A program made the translations under genes and the position numbers. From an uncultured virus (IMG/VR IMGVR_UViG_2882593062_000003) (taxonomy: Duplodnaviria; Heunggongvirae; Uroviricota; Caudoviricetes): a stretch of 20,000 nt of DNA. How positions within the stretch are numbered: the first letter of the stretch is position 1; each line of letters opens with the position of its first letter. The stretch lies in the IMG/VR virus record IMGVR_UViG_2882593062_000003, one strand, 5' to 3'. This document shows, in pieces, positions 1-6,896 of the stretch. The notes below the pieces were generated by a model. The model was not told the origin of the DNA. It worked only from the letters and a program-made list of their open reading frames with translations, and ran no database searches.

Positions 1-781
1 TTATTCCAATTTGGGTTTTAATTTCATTTAAACGATTAACCTCTCTTTCATAAGATGCATTAAGCTTAAAACCTTTTAACTGCTCATTTGTAACGTCAAT
101 ATTATGGTCTATTATTTTTAGTATTTGTTTACTTGATTGAATTGACCTATTTCCTGACTTCAAAGCTTTCAACCTTTTTTCGGTCTTTTGCAATTCTTTT
201 ATTGCATACAACCTATCTACTAATAAATTATGATCAGTGAAACCAAACAAAAAAAGGAATAATACCTCATATTCATCCTTTGTCGTTGTAGAATAAAGGA
301 ATTTTAACGCATTAGTCATTGAAGTCATATCTTTTCGAATAAACTTATGCATTAATTGCCTTATTGACGGTTTTGAATTTTTAATGCTGAAAATCTCAAG
401 CTCAAGCTTTTCTCTATATTGTTTTAAAGATGGAAAGGATTCATTATTAATTTTTAATAATGAACTATCATTAAATCCTCTTTCTAATATGTAAGACTTA
501 TTATTACTTGTTAATGATAAAGAAACCACTATTCCATTCTTAAATAGGTATTCATAAACGGGCTGATTTATAGTCCTAAACTCTGGATCAGTATAGATAT
601 CTTTGCCATCCGAACCAAAACAAAAATCGATTACTCGAAGTAATGTAGTTTTACCTACATTATTTCCAGATTCAGTATTCTTCTTCGTTGTCTCATCTAT
701 TACCAAGTTTAAACCAAGCTTAAAATCTACCTTTCGGATTTCGATTTTATCTAACTTTACTATTAATTGATTTAATAGCAT
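1..781 (-). CDS. ABC-three-component / Lamassu LmuB-like ABC (SMC-like) ATPase, DUF2326-type, N-terminal part (runs off left edge)
   Basis: Not in the ORF track. Manual translation from the ATG at 781 gives MLLNQLIVKLDKIEIRKVDFKLGLNLVIDETTKKNTESGNNVGKTTLLRVIDFCFGSDGKDIYTDPEF, i.e. the GLN-I, Walker A (GNNVGKTT) and IDFC.G pattern of DUF2326 ATPases. The start overlaps the stop of the upstream middle-component gene. Confidence 0.88.
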   Translation of the reverse strand, partial: MLLNQLIVKLDKIEIRKVDFKLGLNLVIDETTKKNTESGNNVGKTTLLRVIDFCFGSDGKDIYTDPEFRTINQPVYEYLFKNGIVVSLSLTSNNKSYILERGFNDSSLLKINNESFPSLKQYREKLELEIFSIKNSKPSIRQLMHKFIRKDMTSMTNALKFLYSTTTKDEYEVLFLFLFGFTDHNLLVDRLYAIKELQKTEKRLKALKSGNRSIQSSKQILKIIDHNIDVTNEQLKGFKLNASYEREVNRLNEIKTQIGI

Positions 782-1011
782 CTTTCAATTCCAGATTTAG
801 AGTTAATACTTATAAGACCTAAAATAAATAGCCAATCTAAGGCATATAAAAAGTAACTAAACGAAATCTTTTCTGGAAAATTCTTCGCCAGCTTCTCATA
901 CAAAATTTGAATGTCAATAATTCCCATACTTTCAGAATTTAGGGTCTCTAAAATTTTTGACCCAATTACATACAAACTTTTTTCTGGTTTAATATCAATT
1001 GGTAATATCAT
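772..1011 (-). CDS. ABC-three-component middle component (MC6-like / LmuC-like)
   Basis: 79 aa, MILP..IKPEKSLYVIG..IL...FLYALDWLFILGLI pattern. Sits between the CTD protein and the ATPase and is translationally coupled to both. Confidence 0.82.
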   Translation of the reverse strand: MILPIDIKPEKSLYVIGSKILETLNSESMGIIDIQILYEKLAKNFPEKISFSYFLYALDWLFILGLISINSKSGIERCY

Positions 1012-1589
1012 CAGCCTTTGTTTGGGTTCTCTAATATCTTACAGTCGATAAAAGCTTTACAAACAATAATTACTAAACAAGCTTGAAGGTCTTCCTCCAT
1101 GATTTGTTCAAAGTTAGATGATCTTTTATAATCAATACTTAATGAATCTATTATGTTTGTTATAATTATATCTGCATATTTACAAATTAAACTGTGTTTA
1201 TCCTGATTCGGATTTTGTGCAACTAAGTCACTTACTTGCCTAATATACTTATTATTTATGCTTTTTAAAAATCTGCTTTTAGAATTAGGCTTTTCATTAT
1301 CTAGCGTTTCATAAATTTTATCTACTATTGCACCATAGTTTCCATAGTTTTCAATTACTTCTTTGTAAACCTTTATTTTATTGAATTCGATTTTTTCATT
1401 TATTTCATATAATTGTAGTGTGGTCAGACCTTGCGGTGTATCATCAAGCACTTTTTCAAGTCGGCTGATTACAATAGATAAATAAGATGGAAGTCTTTCT
1501 TGTAAATATTTGTAATCGTTAATAATTAGGGTACCGGCCGATTGGTATACTGTCCCTTTTGCTTTAAAATTAGTTAATGCTCCCTTCAT
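1011..1589 (-). CDS. ABC-three-component CTD protein (LmuA-like) with a short N-terminal motif instead of an enzymatic effector domain
   Basis: 192 aa. Contains Y.I.EKI.FN and ends in AFIDCKILENP, typical of ABC-3C C-terminal domains. Lies directly upstream of the middle component and ATPase. Confidence 0.75.
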   Translation of the reverse strand: MKGALTNFKAKGTVYQSAGTLIINDYKYLQERLPSYLSIVISRLEKVLDDTPQGLTTLQLYEINEKIEFNKIKVYKEVIENYGNYGAIVDKIYETLDNEKPNSKSRFLKSINNKYIRQVSDLVAQNPNQDKHSLICKYADIIITNIIDSLSIDYKRSSNFEQIMEEDLQACLVIIVCKAFIDCKILENPNKG

Positions 1590-1794
1590 TTTTCCCTTTA
1601 TTTATAGTCATATCTCCAGAAGTTTGGAAATTTTCTTTACCTTTTGCTTTAAATTGGATGTCACCTTTGTGACTTTTATTTGTTTTTATAGTTTTAGATA
1701 TTTTGTTCGCTTTCCTTAATGCCATAATGCTTACAATCATTGAAATGATCGAAGAGGCTCCTACAATTATGTTAAATATATCTATTGCTTTCAT
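1570..1794 (-). CDS. Small single-pass membrane protein with C-terminal motif shared with the downstream CTD protein; putative effector
   Basis: 74 aa. Hydrophobic helix at residues ~6-26, basic linker, then KGDIQFKAKGKENFQTSGDMTIN. Overlaps the next gene by 20 nt. Confidence 0.7.
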   Translation of the reverse strand: MKAIDIFNIIVGASSIISMIVSIMALRKANKISKTIKTNKSHKGDIQFKAKGKENFQTSGDMTINKGKNEGSIN

Positions 1795-1899
1795 ATTAAT
1801 GATAAGAGTTAGGATTGTATTTTCAAATGTATTAAAAAACTTGTTTGTTTTTCTCCGCTCGTTAAGTCAATCTCGAACTTGCGATTTTGGTGCCATAGG

Positions 1900-1931
1900 T
1901 TTGTGTGAACCTCGTTCAACATCTAACTTTA
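1900..1931 (+). promoter_or_regulatory. Putative Bacteroidota sigma70 promoter for the XRE gene, with an internal inverted repeat
   Basis: TTTG (1900-1903), 20-nt spacer, TAACTTTA (1924-1931; one mismatch to TAnnTTTG). TGAAC-ctc-GTTCA at 1906-1918. Confidence 0.4.
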
Positions 1932-1938
1932 GCACAAA

Positions 1939-2163
1939 ATGATCGCCGTAATGCCGGAAACCCCTGAAGAGATAGGCCAGCTTATCAAAGAACTGAGAAA
2001 AAAGCGAGGTATGACTCAAACCGAATTGGGTGAAAAATTCGGCGCGAACAAGTCAACAATTGCGCTTTATGAAAAAGGGCGTAACGGCTTCTCGGTTGCG
2101 ACATTAAAGCGATTTGCGGAGGCTTTGAATGCGGAGCTCAAAATCGATATCATATTGAAGTAG
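1939..2163 (+). CDS. XRE/Cro-CI family HTH transcriptional regulator
   Basis: IGQLIKELRKKRGMTQTELGEKFGANKSTIALYEKG is a canonical HTH_3 pattern. Confidence 0.92.
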   Translation: MIAVMPETPEEIGQLIKELRKKRGMTQTELGEKFGANKSTIALYEKGRNGFSVATLKRFAEALNAELKIDIILK

Positions 2164-2179
2164 ATATTTTTTTGCCCCA

Positions 2180-2214
2180 AAAGTTTGCAATATTGCAAAC
2201 TTTATCTATCTTTG
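2180..2214 (+). promoter_or_regulatory. Bacteroidota sigma70 promoter overlapped by a perfect 24-bp palindromic operator
   Basis: -33 TTTG (2184-2187), 19-nt spacer, -7 TATCTTTG (2207-2214). Palindrome AAAGTTTGCAATATTGCAAACTTT at 2180-2203. Confidence 0.75.
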
Positions 2215-2373
2215 TAATAAGGAAACGGCAGAAATCAGAAAAGGCGATACAGTACCCATAAGGTTGCCCGCTGGACCGTATGAAGAAAGCCCAAACCCCA
2301 TAAAAAACCCCAACGCTACGAATCTTGGCGGATGAAGCGAAGGGGCATGTGACACCCAAAACACGTTCATGTT

Positions 2374-2682
2374 ATGAGCACGGAGCAAAACTACGACAAT
2401 GCCTCCTTTGGCGCAAGTGCGCCCCAACCTGGCCCCGCATCTTCCGACCTGCGGCCCCGCATCTTCCCCGGCGAAACCGGCGTTTTCTATCCCGCCGACC
2501 TTTACTTTCAGGAACTGGCCCGGCGTGAAAAGCTGCTGGCGCGTCACATCGATCACCGCGATCAGGTGATCGATTCTCAGAAACGACTCATCGACCGCTT
2601 GCTGACGCTGCTAAAGAACCAGCTGCCTCAGCCTAAACCCGCTACGGCCGACACCTTTCCCTACCGCTTCTCCCAAAACTGA
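2374..2682 (+). CDS. Hypothetical protein with short coiled coil
   Basis: 102 aa ORF, first gene after the promoter, ending 9 nt before the recombinase. Heptad-like segment ELARREKLLARHIDHRDQVIDSQKRLIDRLLTLL. Confidence 0.6.
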   Translation: MSTEQNYDNASFGASAPQPGPASSDLRPRIFPGETGVFYPADLYFQELARREKLLARHIDHRDQVIDSQKRLIDRLLTLLKNQLPQPKPATADTFPYRFSQN

Positions 2683-2691
2683 TTCTTTCCC

Positions 2692-4137
2692 ATGAATGCC
2701 TCTAGCTTTCAGGCTGGCCCCTTCTCCGGGCCCGCCCTCTACACCACGCTCTCGCACAAGCCCCTGCGCTGCCGCTTCGAGTTCAGAAAGAACCGGCGGA
2801 CCCTGCAAGCCAGCCCGGCCGGAATAATTCAGGTGCTGATCTTTCTGGGTGAGGAAGCCTCCGCCCCGCTTTCCACGAAGATCGAAACCACCCGGCCCGT
2901 CTGGGAGAACCGCTACCGCTTTCCCAACCGGCCCGACTCCATTGACCTCAACACCAAGATCGAAGGCTTTCGCCGGAGGCTGGAACTGGCTCACCTGCTG
3001 CTGATACAGGAGAAGATTGGGCCGACCCCGCGAAACCTCTACCAACTGGCCGTGTGGATGCAGAAACGCCACCAGCGCACGGGCTTCGACCCCCAGACGG
3101 AAGCCTTTCACCCGGACGCGGAAGTCCAGCACACCTTTCGCAAGGAAGCCACCGAAATGCTGAAAGGAATTCGTCGGAAGGTCGTCACGCTGGAAAGCCT
3201 CTACGGAGAGTTTATCGCCGTGCGGGGCAGACTCATCAACGACAACCGGTTCACTCGGGACGGAGAGCAGATCAGCACCGCTACCTACCAGTCGTATGGC
3301 TATCGGTGGAAGCTGATCGAAACCTTTCTCAGGGAAAATAACCTCGCCGAACGGTCTCTGTTGGAGGTAACGGCTGCCGATGCGGTGAACCTGAAAGAGT
3401 TTTTGCAGGGACAGTCCTCGCGCTACGGCCGGCCGGTCAAACACTCCACCATCGCCTATACGGTCACGTTTCTTCGGCAACTGCTGGATTATGCCGTGCT
3501 GAAAGGCTACCTGAAATACAACCCCCTGCACGCCGTGCGCAACGGGGGCAAGTCAAAAGCCAGCCCTAAGCCTCTGACCTTCGAGCAAATGGACTTCCTC
3601 GAACGGATGGACTTACCCCACGACCTGCAACACTACCTCGAAAGCTGGCTGGTGGCGGCTGAACTCTGCCTGCACCACGCCGATTTCATGGAACTGCCCA
3701 CGATGCACTTTAAGACCGATGCGGTCAGCGGGAGACGCTACTTCATTCACCCGCGGGTTAAACAGCGCCGGGCCGACATTCACATGTACGTCGATGTGAC
3801 GCCCCGCGCCGAACGCCTGCTGGCGAAGTGGGGTGGGGTGAAGGGGCTAAAGTACGCCGGTTACAGTCTGTACCATGCCCGGCTGATGCAGATCAGCCTG
3901 TTGGCAGGTCTGCGGGACAACAAGGGTAAGCCGATCAAACTAACCTTCGGCATGGGCCGGGATACGGGCCTGACGCACCGGGCGATGCTGAAAACGCCCA
4001 CGCTGGTCCTGCAGGCGAACGCGGGGCATACCTCCTCCGAAATGCTGACGAAGTACGTCGATGCCGGAGAGCAGCTACTCCTCAGCCAGATGGCCCAAAC
4101 CAATCCCTATCCTCTTCAAACGCTATCCCTCCGATGA
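2692..4137 (+). CDS. Tyrosine recombinase / integrase-like protein with atypical catalytic motifs
   Basis: SAM-like core-binding region (ISTATYQSY...TIAYTVTFLRQLLDYAVLKGYLKYNPL). Box I reads ELCLHHAD, box II reads FGMGRDT, and NAGHTSSEMLTKY keeps the His and the nucleophile Tyr. Confidence 0.8.
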   Translation: MNASSFQAGPFSGPALYTTLSHKPLRCRFEFRKNRRTLQASPAGIIQVLIFLGEEASAPLSTKIETTRPVWENRYRFPNRPDSIDLNTKIEGFRRRLELAHLLLIQEKIGPTPRNLYQLAVWMQKRHQRTGFDPQTEAFHPDAEVQHTFRKEATEMLKGIRRKVVTLESLYGEFIAVRGRLINDNRFTRDGEQISTATYQSYGYRWKLIETFLRENNLAERSLLEVTAADAVNLKEFLQGQSSRYGRPVKHSTIAYTVTFLRQLLDYAVLKGYLKYNPLHAVRNGGKSKASPKPLTFEQMDFLERMDLPHDLQHYLESWLVAAELCLHHADFMELPTMHFKTDAVSGRRYFIHPRVKQRRADIHMYVDVTPRAERLLAKWGGVKGLKYAGYSLYHARLMQISLLAGLRDNKGKPIKLTFGMGRDTGLTHRAMLKTPTLVLQANAGHTSSEMLTKYVDAGEQLLLSQMAQTNPYPLQTLSLR

Positions 4138-4871
4138 ACGCGCTGATTCCCATTCAACAGCAATCCGGGCGCACGGTGGTGTCTGCTCGTGACCTGCACA
4201 CCTTTCTGGAGGATAAACAAAAGTTTGCCGACTGGATTAAAAAACGGATTCAAAAGTACGAGTTGGTGGAGGGCGAAGATTATCTCACGTTTTCATTAAA
4301 TTCTGAAAACGGAGGGCGCTCGATTGAATACGCTCTGACGGTGGAAGCGGCCAAGGAACTGGCGATGGTTCAGGGCAACGAGAAGGGCAAACAGGCCCGG
4401 CGCTACTTCATCGAATGCGAAAAGCGGTTACAGCAGACCGTTCCCGCCCCCGAAGCAGTGGCGGGCGGTTCGGCGGAACTGATGCTGCAACAAGCGGCCC
4501 TGTTGGTCAACCACGCCCAGCAACTCACCGAGCAAAGCGGCCGGTTGGCGAAGCTGGAAACGCTGGTCACGCACCTGATTTCGGGCGGTCGCTACAGCCA
4601 GGCCGCCCCGGTCGCCCCGCCCCCACCTTCGACCAGCCGGGAGGAAATCAACAAGCTCATCAACGACTACTGCGGAGAGCGGGACATTCCCCAGCACGAA
4701 GCCTGGAACTGGCTGTATGACCGGCTCTATCAGCTTTACCGGGTCAACATCCGGGGGTATCGCCGTCAGCCGGGCGTCTCGCTGCTGGAAGTGGCCGAGC
4801 GGCACGGTCATCTGGAAAAGCTGTACGGCATCATTATGTCCGAACTCTTCTACCATGACTACACTCCGTGA
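4134..4871 (+). CDS. AntA/AntB-family phage antirepressor
   Basis: VSARDLHTFLE..FADWIKKRI..Y..GEDY..EYALTVEAAKELAMVQGNEKGKQARRYFIECEK, followed by a coiled coil and a C-terminal helical domain. ATGA overlap with the recombinase. Confidence 0.92.
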   Translation: MNALIPIQQQSGRTVVSARDLHTFLEDKQKFADWIKKRIQKYELVEGEDYLTFSLNSENGGRSIEYALTVEAAKELAMVQGNEKGKQARRYFIECEKRLQQTVPAPEAVAGGSAELMLQQAALLVNHAQQLTEQSGRLAKLETLVTHLISGGRYSQAAPVAPPPPSTSREEINKLINDYCGERDIPQHEAWNWLYDRLYQLYRVNIRGYRRQPGVSLLEVAERHGHLEKLYGIIMSELFYHDYTP

Positions 4872-5202
4872 CCGGCCTGCCCAGCCCATTAAAGTCGCCG
4901 TCTTCACGCTTCGCATTGGGGCGAATACGGATTGGGTGTACCTCAGCCAGATCGTGCGCTTTGAAGCGGCCGGAAGCTATAGCTGGCTTATTTTGAAAGA
5001 CGGACGAAAATACCTGATTGCAATTCATCTGGCCCGTTTGGCCCGCCAGCTGCCCGGTTTTGTGCGGGTTCACCGTTCGCATCTGGTCAACCGGGAGTGG
5101 ATTCTGGCCGACATAGATATAACCTTGCCTGAAGCGGTGATTCAATTAAAAACCGGGGAGCGTATCCCTGTTTCCCGACGAAAAGGCAAAGCATTACGAT
5201 AA
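4855..5202 (+). CDS. Stand-alone LytTR DNA-binding domain protein
   Basis: IVRFEAAGSYSWL...FVRVHRSHLVN...IPVSRRK is the LytTR signature. The ATG at 4855 overlapping the antirepressor end is preferred over the 4717 start. Confidence 0.88.
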   Translation: MTTLRDRPAQPIKVAVFTLRIGANTDWVYLSQIVRFEAAGSYSWLILKDGRKYLIAIHLARLARQLPGFVRVHRSHLVNREWILADIDITLPEAVIQLKTGERIPVSRRKGKALR

Positions 5203-5235
5203 CCGCTCACTGATGCCCTCTTTAATAACCGAAGC

Positions 5236-6321
5236 ATGAAAGTCAGGTATACCTTTCGCTGCTATCCTACGGACACACAGGCTCAGGCGTTAAGCCGGGT
5301 ATTCGGACACACCCGCTTTGTGTGGAACTGGGCTTTGCGACTGCGTACGGATGCTTGGGGCCATGGTGAGCGCATTAATTACAACCAGACTAGTGCGGCC
5401 CTGACTGCTCTCAAAAAGACCGCTGAATACCAATGGCTCAATGAGGTCAGTTGCGTTCCGCTTCAACAAAGTTTGAGAAACCTGCAAAAGGCGTTTTTGA
5501 ACTTCTTTGCCGGTCGGACAAGGCGCCCCCGATTCAAGAAAAAGCGGCACAAACAAGCAGCTGAATACACAGCATCGGCTTTCAAGTATCAGGATGGCGA
5601 ACTGAGTCTGGCAAAGATCGGCAAGTTAAAAGTTCGCTGGTCGCGCCCGTTTCAGTCCCAGCCTACTACCGTTACCGTCATACAGACGCCAACGGGTCGG
5701 TATTATGTCACCCTAGTACTTGATGAAATGCCTCAGCCTTACAATAAAACAGGAGAGTTGATTGGCATTGATTTAGGTATCAATCGACTGGCAACGCTCA
5801 GTAATGGCGAACACATTCCCAACTTGAAATTTACAAAAAAGCACGAACGTCAGTTGGCGAAAGCCCAAAAGTCCTTGAGCCGGAAAACCAAAGGTTCAGG
5901 ACGTTGGATTCGTCAACGAATGAAGGTGGCCCGTGTGCATGAAAGATTGACCAATGCCCGTATTGACCACATCCATAAGATTACCACCGACCTGGTGCGT
6001 AGGTTTGATGTGATTGCAGTGGAGGATTTGAATGTTCGGGGCATGCTAAGAAATAAAAAACTGGCAAAGCAGATTAGCGATGCAAGTTTTGGCCGATTCG
6101 TTTCCATGCTTCAATACAAGTGCGTTTGGCGTGGTAAAGAACTGGTGAAGATTGACCGTTACTTCCCTAGCAGTAAACGCTGCTCATGCTGCGGCTACAT
6201 TGCTCAGACGCTACCCCTTTCGGTGCGTAGCTGGCAGTGTCCCGAGTGTCAGTCAATACATGACAGAGACGAAAATGCGTCTCGTAATATTCTGAATTTT
6301 GCGGTGGGACACCCCGTTTGA
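5236..6321 (+). CDS. tnpB: IS200/IS605-family RNA-guided endonuclease TnpB
   Basis: N-terminal YTFRCYPT..FG..RFVWN, RuvC triad intact (GIDLG, VEDL, DRDENA), zinc ribbon CSCCG..CPEC. Confidence 0.95.
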   Translation: MKVRYTFRCYPTDTQAQALSRVFGHTRFVWNWALRLRTDAWGHGERINYNQTSAALTALKKTAEYQWLNEVSCVPLQQSLRNLQKAFLNFFAGRTRRPRFKKKRHKQAAEYTASAFKYQDGELSLAKIGKLKVRWSRPFQSQPTTVTVIQTPTGRYYVTLVLDEMPQPYNKTGELIGIDLGINRLATLSNGEHIPNLKFTKKHERQLAKAQKSLSRKTKGSGRWIRQRMKVARVHERLTNARIDHIHKITTDLVRRFDVIAVEDLNVRGMLRNKKLAKQISDASFGRFVSMLQYKCVWRGKELVKIDRYFPSSKRCSCCGYIAQTLPLSVRSWQCPECQSIHDRDENASRNILNFAVGHPV

Positions 6322-6467
6322 GCGCGTGGATTCGATGTAAGACCTTCCGGGCTTTGCCTGTAGGGCGGTTGAAGAGGAAGCGTGAACTGTCTCAGGCTAT
6401 ATATTAGTTTGAGAATCCCTAACATAGTATGGGATAGAAGATGTCAAGACGCGAGGTAGGCCCGGAT
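6300..6467 (+). ncRNA. TnpB omegaRNA (reRNA) scaffold plus putative guide (6448-~6467)
   Basis: Stem-loops after tnpB, e.g. CTCAGGCTA/TAGTTTGAG at 6391-6413 with G-U pairs and ATCCC/GGGAT at 6415-6435. Ends in the IS605-type right-end pattern GAATCCC...GATGTCAA (TCAA at 6444-6447). The 5' boundary is approximate. Confidence 0.75.
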
Positions 6468-6896
6468 TCGGGCCAGATATTTCGGTTTCAGGTAGTCGGC
6501 CAGTTCGGCCTTATCGTCTTCGGAGAGGCCCAGAATGCCGTCTCCGTACTTCTTTTTCAAACCTTCCGCCTTCGGGTCGGAATCGTCGACCGAAAACGTC
6601 CGGTCGAACACCTTCGTGAAGATTTTGTCGTAGAAACCGCCCTTGTCGCGCAGGGTGACCCGGTCGGTCGGTTGGTTTTTTCGCCGTTTGATGGCTATGG
6701 TCAGGGGTTTGTAGGCCGGTTCGATCGGCGATCCGTCGACGTTTTCGCCCCGGTAAAGCCGCTCCTGATTCAGCCGGCGGATGTAATCGCTGTTTTCCTC
6801 GATCACCTCGCCCAGCAGCTGGTACAGCACCGCCGGGGTGAGCGTCAGGAACGGTTCGACGAAGCAGGTAAACAGCGATTTGCGGGCGGAAGCCAT
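6444..6896 (-). CDS. Phage neck / virion morphogenesis-like protein
   Basis: 150 aa. The motif Y.PLTIAIKRRKNQPTDRVTLRDKGGFY..ILGL resembles phage virion morphogenesis / tail-completion proteins. Last gene of the structural operon. Confidence 0.6.
   Translation of the reverse strand: MASARKSLFTCFVEPFLTLTPAVLYQLLGEVIEENSDYIRRLNQERLYRGENVDGSPIEPAYKPLTIAIKRRKNQPTDRVTLRDKGGFYDKIFTKVFDRTFSVDDSDPKAEGLKKKYGDGILGLSEDDKAELADYLKPKYLARIRAYLAS

Noticed and set aside
1703..1942. 79-aa hydrophobic plus-strand ORF
   Set aside because: TTG start, antisense to the TM gene that fits the defence operon, and it spans the divergent promoter region.
2611..3531. 306-aa antisense ORF and the other long shadow ORFs (e.g. 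9984-10781, 14679-15464, 19251-19793, 6441-6953)
   Set aside because: They lie opposite or out of frame with well-supported genes in GC-rich DNA and have no recognisable motifs.
5236..6321. TnpB as a nuclease-dead TldR-type repressor or a Cas12f
   Set aside because: All three RuvC acidic residues are present, there is no CRISPR array, and the 3' end looks like an IS605-type right end.
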